From Chrysomallon squamiferum (lineage: Eukaryota > Animalia > Mollusca), in contig CM022665.1 in assembly GCA_012295275.1 (NCBI GenBank), forward strand, positions 14,136,001 to 14,200,000: 64,000 bases of DNA, given 5' to 3'. Position 1 is the first letter of the stretch. Every line of letters starts with the position of its first letter. Position numbers and translations under genes: made by a program. Shown one piece after another: positions 54,101 through 64,000 of the stretch. The notes under the pieces are model-generated. The model saw only the letters and a list, made by a program, of their open reading frames with translations. It did no database searches and had not been told where the DNA came from.

Positions 54101-57089
54101 CTCACAAACTTTCTAATACATTTTCACAATAATAAATGATTGTATTTAATTAGAACTCTGTTATAATGTCTTTTCCAGTAAGCTGAAGCATTTTCCTTCT
54201 GAAGATTCTGTTTCCATTCATCTTTTTATTTTATTTCATTATATACAAAGGCAGAATTTGAAATAAATTAAATCTTAAGCCCATCTTATATTTATATAAA
54301 CTACATGTTGTTATGAATTAAGAGTAAAGGAAGTTTATTTTTTATAGCTAAGTATTTACAAAGATATGTACAAAATCACATAAATAAAAATGTCACTGCA
54401 TAGTAAATCTCTATACATACATAATGTATGCAGGTCCCTATTTGTGTCTATATAAATATGTATATAATAATTTTTATTTATCTGCAGGCACGTGCAGCAC
54501 ATCTGTTTGCTTCATAATAAATTTTCAATCATAAATTTTGATACTAATTAACCAAAGTGTGACTTAATCCAGTGATTTGATATACTGTCCAATTTATGAT
54601 CATAATGGCCTGACACAAACATTGTTATGTTTATATTTGATAATGGTACAGCAAGCTTTCCCAACATACAATACATTATCATCAGCTATACATCCAAGTT
54701 AAACTAATATAAAGTCTCTGTTTTTGCACACTCTGAAAAAACCCAAGTGAATAAATCATTACACATCCCCATATCAAGTCTTGGTAATATATTTATTTCA
54801 CATTTAAAAAAAAAAACAATAAATAAATAAATGTGAAAATGGGACTGAATCAAACTGAAATGAATTTATAAATAGATTTTAAAATCCTATAATTTAAGCA
54901 TAAATTTTAAATCTTTTAAAATTATTATTATTTTAAATGTTCCAAACATCTACAGAAATTCATGATTTTGCATTGGTCTATTGAAAATTATGTTTATAAT
55001 ACTTTTAATAGTATTCTGTTAATTCTTTGCCAGAATTCTACTGAAATAGTTTTTAAATGTCTTTCTATGACAAACATAAATATTTTTGCAGTGGATAATT
55101 AATTATACAACTAAATATACAATAAATGCCTTATGGGGTAAATCATCCAAATAACTTGTTAACCCTTTTGCTGCCAATAACAGAGTATACTGCTCATAAA
55201 CAAAGCTATGAAACACAAGATTCAAATCAGGTTGTATGTAAATACAAAATTCATTATTATTCACAGTAAATATTTTAATATACATTTGTAAGAAGATTAC
55301 ATGACTAGATATACAAAAGTACTGTTCATTTAAATGACAATTAACATAACAGAACAAAACTTTTAATTTATGCACTATAGTATATAAATATACATACATA
55401 CATACATATGTATATATATGTATATATATATTTATTTTTTTATTTTACTGAAAAAAAAAAAAGACCAAATTTAATTCATGCACTGTAAAAATGAAAATAA
55501 ATATTTTGTTTAATGAATATAGAAATAATAATAAAAAATTAATTTAAACAAATCTGTTTTATAATCCCAATTTAAATGAATGGATGAAATTGAGGGAAAA
55601 AAACAATAAAAAACCAAAATAAACACAAGCATTACAACTAAAATGGAGATATTTAAATTATAAAAGAGTAAATTAATAAAGAAAACATAAAATCATTGTA
55701 CACACATGAATATATAGAAGAAAATTTCTTACAAACCATATGTGTATCTATATATGCAGTGTATATGTGTAATTATATTTAATTTTCAATTTTGATTTCC
55801 TTTATTATTTTTTTAAATTTAAATATCTACATTTTATTTCTATTTCCTGGTGTTTATGTTTGCACTATAAATTTCTCTTTCCCATAACATTTACTAAATG
55901 CTGTACATACAAAAAAATAAAATAAATAACAGCAATATGTTCCACTTAACATAATCAGATCACATATGTGATAACCATCTCTGTAATCAACAGCTTGATA
56001 CTTCATTTAATTAGTTTTAAAAAATAAATTACACACAAATTTATTTTCATTTATACATTGTTTCATACTGGTTACTTTTCCAGTTATACTTTTATATAAT
56101 TTTATATACAAATTTTGTTCATGTTTAATATAGATTGAAATATATATTGGGGAAAGACAATTTTTTCCTATTTGCACAAATATATTAACAGTAAAAAAAC
56201 AAACCCCCAAAACCAAAACAAATATGATTTACTTCCCCTTAGTTAACTCTTTCTGTTCAGAACACCACTGAAAAACCCAGGAAAAAATATAACTAATAAT
56301 GTATAGAGAATGCCATTTTAATGTTTCATGTAACTTAAAGCAAATAAAATTTAAAGAAAACAATCAAGCTTTATAAATTAACAATTATAAATTTAAAAAA
56401 TCAGGTTTGTGAATACTTGATTGCCCTATTACTTCTATTTTTCCATATTACTTGTACTCTTTAATTTATTAAATAAGGAAAACATAAAATAAATACTGCT
56501 TTGTTATTAGAGAGAAAATAATTAACAAATAAAATATACATTTCACACTAAATGATGTCTTTGAATAATACACAATTACAAAAAAAACCAAATTATTGTT
56601 ACTATGGTGATTAATCGCTTTTCATATAACTATTATAAACTGATATGAAGTGTTTAATTAAAAAAAAACGAAAAAAAAACAAACCCCAAAAAGCCTGATA
56701 ATAATAACTTAATAAAGATTAAAAATGATGTTGCATAGTAATGCCTGAGGTATCAGTTTTCAATTTTGTTTTGTTTTGTTTTGTTTAGAACCAGCTGCCT
56801 GTGGTATTTAAATTTCAAAGTATGGTAAAAATGAAATGAAACTGGTGAAATGCATTTACATTATTTATTTATTTATTTATTAATTTTTTTCTATACTTCA
56901 TAAGGATATCTTCCTAGCCATAATATTCTTGCATCAACATCTAGTAAAAATATCCTTAATGAAAACATGAAATGTTTCATTTATTTGGAAGTATAAAAAT
57001 TTATTTTGTTTTTCTACCCATCACAGTTCTGTAACAATTTTCTGCTGCCCTAAACTGACCCAGAGGTCAGGTTCAGTTAATATTATGAC

Positions 57090-57660
57090 TCAGATCATCA
57101 CAACCATAGCACAGGAAAATTTTCTCGACAAATTCATTATTCCAGTACCTGGATCATTACAATAGCACTGGAAAACTTTCTGGATAACTTCATTATTCCA
57201 GTCAATGAAACATCATAACAGCACTGGATAACTTCACAGGTATTATGAGTGAATCACTACAACAGTAGGTGGAAAATATTCTCAATAACTTCACAACTAG
57301 TATGAGTTGACCATCACAACAGTATCTGGTAAATATTCCCATTAACATCAGTTACTATGAATGGATCATTGCATCAACACTGAAAAATATTTTGGATACC
57401 TTCATTATTGCAGTCAGTGGATCATCATAACACCACAATTACTAGATCAACATAACAATACTGGAAAAGTTTCTGGATAATTTTAGAAATCTTCCAATAT
57501 GGATCATTACAAATGTAGTTAAAAGTTTTACTTTCCACTTTTAAATATTCTCACTACATAGGAAACTAATGTTGTTCTTTTTTTGTTTTGTTTTAAGTGA
57601 TCAGATCATCATCAAATAACACTGGAAATCATATGGATAGCATTTTTGATTTCCAGTACT
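57090..57660. repeat. Degenerate ~55-58 bp minisatellite (about 8-9 units)
   Basis: Recurring GATCAT(C/T)ACAA..AGCACTGGAAAA.TTTCTGGATAACTTCATTATTCCAGT units starting near 57093, 57152, 57208, 57252, 57310, 57364, 57420, 57446 and 57502. Confidence 0.8.
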
Positions 57661-58024
57661 GACTGGAATCCCAGTGAGCATTTGTCTTTGGTAATGCAGT
57701 CACAAAACAAAAAGTGGACACATGTTTACATATACACACCAAGGGAAGCAACTCCATCCAATAATTTATCTCCCTTACATCCCAGAAAAGCACTTTTTAG
57801 TCAATCACAGTTTGTCTTCCATTGGACTAGTTTAACACACACTGTATCCATCACAGACCAATGACACATTAATAATTTAACTCTTTCCATTGAAGATCTT
57901 CATGTATTTCACTGCCAGACTAGCTTGCACTTTGTACATTTATAACGAAAATATTAACTTAGGTGGAAAAAAAAAAGAAAAATACTTTTAGATTATCATT
58001 TAAAGGATTTGTCTGGTCTAGCAT

Positions 58025-58059
<35 letters not shown>

Positions 58060-58407
58060 GAAAATAAAAGCATTTAATATATAATTAAATTAATGTATGG
58101 AAATATTGATTAACGAGCAGACAGTTTGAGTGTATATCCAGAATAGTATAATAGCCCATTATACTTATGAAATTTAGAAGCATCATCTGTTGATCTAAAA
58201 GGGTTACATAAACTGTGCATACAACTTGAATATCATCATTTGTTCGTTAGTTAAATTTTTATCATCACTAGCATCATTTGTTGATCAGCAAAAGTTGTTC
58301 AAACTATAGACAAATGGTAGAAACATCCCAGAATATGTCAGTGGATAATCTGTTTGTATTTTTCTACTGGATTAAGAAAAATAAACCCAAAAATTACACA
58401 ATTTTTT

Positions 58408-61314
58408 TCATCCATAATAGTTACTTAAACTTCGATTTCCATGATCACTGCGCAATGTCCCGCGAGGACTAAATCGAACAACTTCAATGCGGTCTAAAGA
58501 GTCTGCATGATCTAATGATGGTCCTTCTAGTGGGTTGTGGTGGTTGTGGTTAGCATTGTGACTATGTGTTGGTTCTGTGACATCCAGCTTGGCTTTTACA
58601 TTACGTTTATAATCAATCCCAATTTTAATAAGAGCAACAGAAAGCAACGTAATGATTCCAGCACATATTCCTAGTACCAGGTACAAGATGGCTTTCTCCT
58701 TATTCCCTGAAATAATGAATGAATAAATTAATCAGTTTATTGGTTAATGTTTAACAATACGTCTGCTTTTTGTAATTAATAATTGCAGTTACTATATGTC
58801 ATTTATATTTTTATCTATAATATTCAGAGGAAACCTTCTAACAGACCATGAGCTTTTGCTATCAGACAGCATCAAAAACATTTTATGTTTACCTCCCCAG
58901 AGTCAGGAAAGCACATAAGACAGCATTTGTGAATCATTCTCTGCAACCAACTTCTGCATCAGGCCTGCACTTTACCACAGCAGTACTGCCTGATCTTTTA
59001 TTTAAGACAGGTATGTTGGTGTATTACAGGTAGACAATTTCTAGGTACAAGGAGATTCACTGGTGTGTGCAGTTAAAAATAGCAACAGTTTTTGGATTTT
59101 AAATGCCATTCTAGTGTCAAATTTATTTCTGTGATTATTGTTTTAAAATGTACTGTATCTATGTCTGGATTAGATATCCAGTCTTATTTAATGTAAAAAA
59201 TAACAGTATTTATGAACTTTATTGAAATTTTCTGATTTACATCTTGACATTGTAGTGTTCTACATTTTATTTATAGATGTATGTGTGTTTGTGTGTGTGT
59301 ATATGTTCATAAAATCCTTTATAACAAATGTATTTTATGAAGGTTTATTTATGAATAGATACTTGTAGTAAATTTTCAGATTCAGTCTGAGGATATATTT
59401 ACTGTGAGAGAAAATACTGCACTAAAATAAAGAGTACTTACTGATGAGGAAATGCACTGTATTAAACCAGTCTTTCATGAAACCCATTGATGCTTGTTTC
59501 GTATCTCCGAGATTAATTGTTGTATAATTCACACATATAACAGTAATATTTTTTACAGGCTGGTCACCATTAGAGTACTTTACATTAGTGTTACCATTAA
59601 CAACCACAGCTGTGTCAGAGTTCACTGCTGCTGTAGGTAAAATGTCACTTTTTTTGTCTATATCACTACCACTGTGTGTTTCTGATTCCAAATCACGATT
59701 CCCTGAATTTTGATGTATCAGAGGATCAGGGATTTCAACTGGCTTTTTTTTCTTAGGAGGCACTATTGTATTTCCTTCATGAAATATGGCATCAGCAGCA
59801 TCTGTAATACACAAAAGTTATTATATATCAATGTAGTTTCAAATAAGCAGCAAGTACTTTTAAATACTAAGGATAGGAAAGAACATACTGGATTTAAGTA
59901 AATAAAATTTTAACTTTTAGTTTTTAGTTTGTTTCTGTTTCATTTGTAACATTTTTTTTTATTCTGAAAATATACACATATACAGTAAAAATAAATCAGA
60001 CATTTTTATAATTATAACAAGAAAAAGAAAGGAATTGTAAGTTTGTGAAAATATTTTTTAAATAACAACAACAAAAACACATACATACACATACAACAGA
60101 ATAAATATATGAAACTCAAACACATAAAAACATTATTAATCACATATATGCACATACTATCCAGAAGAAAAGTCAAAGACACACACACACACACACAAGA
60201 AAATAAATATATATAAACACAACCATAGAAAAACATTATTAACCAGATGTACACACATGCACATCCTATTCACAAATATACATACACATACAACAAAATA
60301 ACTTTATCAGACATATAAAAACATTATTAACCATATATACACACACGCATAATATCCAATAATATACATACACAAAATATCCAGAAATATACATACAAAT
60401 ACCATCCAGAAATAAATATAAAACAAAATAAACACAAAATAAAAAAATATATCTACACACACAGAAAACATTATTAACAATACATACACATACAATAAAA
60501 GTAAATGTATCAAACACAAACACAATTTTTTTTTTTAAATCCGTTATTAACCATATGTAGACTCATATATTGAAGCTTGTTTTGTATCTACATACTTACT
60601 ACCACTGGTTTAATAACAACAAGACAAATTTATGTGAACAGGTATATGATTAAACATGCACTGAGCATATTACCAGTTAATAAATCATTTCACCATTTCC
60701 TTTGAACCAAACTGACTTCCAGGAGTATTCAACACACATATGTATTTAATCAAAGCTAAATTAATTTTACCTATCTCTCTGATACTGTCTATGTACACCA
60801 AATAACAGAAAGGAAACCAAAAATAAAAGAATATGTACATAATTAGCTCAAAAGATGTCCATGACATATTGTTATGTATTCATCCAAATAAATCTTTTAG
60901 CAGTTTTTCTATCATCACTCTAATTTTCTGTCATAATGCACTCTGTTATGAACAGGAAATGACAGTATTTAGAATAACAAAATGGATTTTCTTATGTCTT
61001 CTAATGATGTCTTAGTGTTGCTGTGGCAACAGTGAGCTTCACTACTGTGTGGAAATATCTGAACAAATGTAAATGTCTTGTCAACATATTACAATGTACA
61101 TGTGCTTGTGTGAATGTATGTGGGTGTATGTAAGTATATGTGTATCTTGTGTGTGTGTGTGTGTGTGTAGTTACACATAAATAAATGTCTATATATTTAT
61201 CTGTTTATACATTAATATAAGCATCTTTTCTGATCCATCTATAGTACTTATTACAAACATATATATATTACAAACATACCTTAAATTATGTATATACACA
61301 CATTCTCACACATT

Positions 61315-61375
<61 letters not shown>

Positions 61376-61656
61376 CAATAGACATCAGAAGAAAATAACA
61401 TAGTACATATTCTGTTGATGACCTAACACAAATAAATCTAACAAACCTGCAGATGCCTTTTCTGGTTCCTCAGTGACAGATCTGGGTTCCTCATACTCCT
61501 GTGTAACAGCTGGAATGGTTTTTGACAGACTCACTAACGTACTAACAGAAAAACTTTCCTTCACTGCTTCCTTTTTGTGATTTTTCTTCTTCTTTTTCTT
61601 CCTCCTTTTATGACCTTTCTCTTTTCTGTGAACTATTTTTAAAATTCTCTTTGGTA
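58408..61656 (-). CDS. EVA1C: EVA1C/eva-1-like single-pass membrane protein, 3' three exons (lectin domains outside the window)
   Basis: Phase-1 exons 61656-61447 (VPKRIL.., as follows the last SUEL lectin cysteine in EVA1C), 59801-59442 (..MGFMKDWFNTVHFLI) and 58706-58408 (RNKEKAILYLVLGICAGIITLL, an EVA1/FAM176-type TM helix; C-terminus RSLSNYYG*). Confidence 0.8.
60070..60560. repeat. Degenerate AC-rich tandem repeat
   Basis: The motif AAAACATTATTAACCA..TACACAC recurs near 60127, 60229, 60318, 60465 and 60543. Confidence 0.65.
61316..61373. repeat. (CA)n microsatellite
   Basis: About 28 units in an EVA1C intron. Confidence 0.95.
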
Positions 61657-62052
61657 CTGCAAATATATAAAAATAATAAACATTATGTAAAGCACAAGTG
61701 ATTTACAAAACACTCATGGGAAACTATGCAGCAGAATGTCAGTTACTGGAAAGAGAATGTTATAATATTCTGTATTATGTGGAAAAAAACAACAACAAAA
61801 AACCTGTCAGGTTCATTACATTTTTACTGGAGAAATATTCACTCAAATGCTCTACAATAGTAAAATATTTTTTTAAAAAAACAAGAAAAAACCCAAACAA
61901 ACAAAAAAAACCCAAACCTCTGTTGTCAAATTTAGTGGTAAAAATAAGCAGTGATATATATATTGCACATTAGTAACTTATACAGCTATTTTCTATACTC
62001 CTGAAAACAAACCCCATATTTCTGGAAAATAATATATTTTTAGAAAATTATA

Positions 62053-62849
62053 TACCGTATATACTTGTGTACAAGGCGACCTTATGTATAAGTCGATGTG
62101 TATTTTAAGACCAAAAATTGCGTCATTTTAGGTATTACTTGTGTATAAGACGACTGTAGATTCCAGGCACCGTCACTATTTTTAGACTAGTGTGACAGTG
62201 CCATGAAGGCCTACATTGTACGCCTACTGTAACATAACTTGCACGAACATACCATAATAACGTAAATGCATGTATTACACGAGCTATAGCCTAAATGTAT
62301 CATAAATAGTATCTCTTTAATGTAATAGGTCTAACATGGAGACCTAACTTACCGTTATATTTAGCCGTTCTATGATTTACAAAATTTGTCGGTAGTGGAT
62401 ATTAATGACGATTGCAATATTATTTCACCAAATTCTTTACAATTAAACAAGTGAGTTTTGTTTATGAAATTAGGACCGATATTTAGTGCAATTTGGCAGA
62501 GAAGTCTGCATTCCTAGATCATTGCAAGACGCCGTAAGGCATAACGCCGTACTGACGGTTTTCTCGCTTTAAAATGTATTTTTATGTCATTAAACGGAAG
62601 AATATCATGTTTTACATTCATATTTGGTTTTGTTATTTAATTTTTCAAAATTTTTTATATGATAAAATTATATTTTTGAAAAGCTGAAAGACCATGATTA
62701 TTTTAGATGCATCCCGTAGCAAAAAATAGTCAAAATGGCGACTCTTCAGCAACAGCTACAAAAGCATTACCTATGTATAAGTCGACCCCCAAAATATTAC
62801 CTTAATATAGTCTCCCAAAAATTCGACTTATACACAAGTATATATGGTA
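62053..62849. mobile_element. Non-autonomous Tc1/mariner-pogo (Tc2/Tigger-like) MITE with TA target duplication
   Basis: Left end TA|CCGTATATACTTGTGTACAAGGCGA; right end TCGACTTATACACAAGTATATATGG|TA (~25-bp TIR, 3 mismatches). Internal subterminal TGTATAAG(T/A)CGA copies at ~62085, 62142 and 62774. CpG-richer than the flanks; no ORF. Confidence 0.9.
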
Positions 62850-63317
62850 ACTATGTTCATGTTAACTGAGAACAAAACAGTTCTGACTTAATTATGCGCT
62901 CTTGAGCATGAAGAGGATTAACTAACTAACCATTTTTATTCCATAATGCTGGAACAAAATATACAAAATACTTTATCATTACAGAAAAAAATATATAAAA
63001 TCACAAAATTTCATAATAAAGAGAAAAATAATCTCCAAAACTTAACTTTTTACTCTGACATTCAAGATGAAAAAAACATTTAAATCAGTTCACATCAAAA
63101 ATGGTAGTGAGGATTATCTGGCATCTGTCTGAGATAAGACAAATCCATCAACTTTGATTTAATTTGTTATTTTATGTACTGGCAGACTTTTAAAAATAGT
63201 ATATTTGTAATACACACAATGTCCATACACATGTGTAAATATATACACAACAGAAACACATTCAGACACAACACAGACATATATATATACAACATATACA
63301 CACATAACACAACAAAC

Positions 63318-63404
63318 ACACATACACATATATACAACACACAAACACATACACATATATACAACACACAAACACATACACATATATACAACACACAAAC
63401 ACAC
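63318..63404. repeat. 27-bp minisatellite, ~3 copies
   Basis: Unit ACACATACACATATATACAACACACAA, visible as a repeated THTHIYNTQ in the ORF track. Confidence 0.85.
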
Positions 63405-63771
63405 ATTTAATTAGTTTTATAACACACACAAAAAATGATCATAATAATGAGATACACTGCTGCAGTTTCATCAATATCAGCAAAATCCTTTTTTTTACAA
63501 ACTTTTAGTAAATCAGCTCATGACACTGAACAGCAGGTAGACCAAATGACACACAGTGAGAATTGATTTTATGACCCCTCATGCTCATACAGTGAATACT
63601 CAACTATTCTGGTTAGTCTCTCATGCTTGAGCAGTAAAACAGATTAACTAGATTTACCCTCCACCTACTCTGACCAATCTGGAGGTGAATTAGAAGAAAA
63701 TGTAGTATGTCTTTAATTTGATACTTCATCTCCTTTCCGTGCTGATCATCTGTAGTATTGATTTGCAAAAC

Positions 63772-63850
63772 CAGACTTGGTGAAATAGATGTTAACCAAT
63801 CAGGCTAAAAGACTAGCAGGTACCAGGATCGAGTGCAGATACTGGTCTCT
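63772..63850 (+). mobile_element. Possible degenerate tRNA-derived SINE head
   Basis: A-box-like TGGTGAAATAG at ~63778 and B-box-like GGATCGAGTGC at 63826-63836, with tRNA-like spacing. No intact cloverleaf. Confidence 0.3.
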
Positions 63851-64000
63851 GTATGGAACTAAACTGGTAAATGTTAGACCACTACATCTTTTCTGATAAT
63901 TAAATCTGTAACAGTTTTTATTCTATGTAATAATACAGTGTAAATAAAGATTAAAATTGTTTTTAGTTCATTATTAAATTAAATTGTTGCTTGTCCTTTG

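Noticed and set aside
57090-57660. Possible CRISPR-like array
   Set aside because: Eukaryotic context, degenerate contiguous units with no unique spacers and no cas genes; it is a minisatellite.
60012-60525. Cys/Val/Tyr-rich ORFs (also 63159-63410)
   Set aside because: Translation of AC-rich tandem repeats.

Overview
AT-rich animal genomic DNA with spliceosomal introns. It is probably an invertebrate, and a mollusc is my unverified guess. I reconstructed four genes by hand from splice sites and reading frames. (1) The 3' ~2,215 codons of an ARID1/osa (BAF250) SWI/SNF subunit on + (14 exons, 2253-24490; 5' end outside the window). (2) A DNA helicase B (HELB) orthologue on - (12 coding exons, 39672-27790), convergent with ARID1. 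(3) A complete 290-aa CFAP298/C21orf59 on + (7 exons, 45576-51140), head-to-head with HELB across a CpG-enriched promoter zone. (4) The 3' part of an EVA1C/eva-1-like membrane protein on - (58408-61656), tail-to-tail with CFAP298 as in human chr21. Introns carry a decayed FLYWCH-MULE transposon, a decayed hAT-like DDE transposase, a Tc1/pogo-type MITE and several micro/minisatellites. The most notable oddity is in HELB: the otherwise intact frame needs a +1 shift in coding exon 7, where the in-frame stop sits in a UCC-UGA-U context identical to the antizyme frameshift site, although an assembly indel is the more likely cause. HELB also has a GC-AG intron and an exact 208-bp duplication whose edge falls on a 5' splice site. 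No prokaryotic features, CRISPR arrays, rRNA or tRNA were seen. Homology calls come from remembered protein motifs, not database searches.
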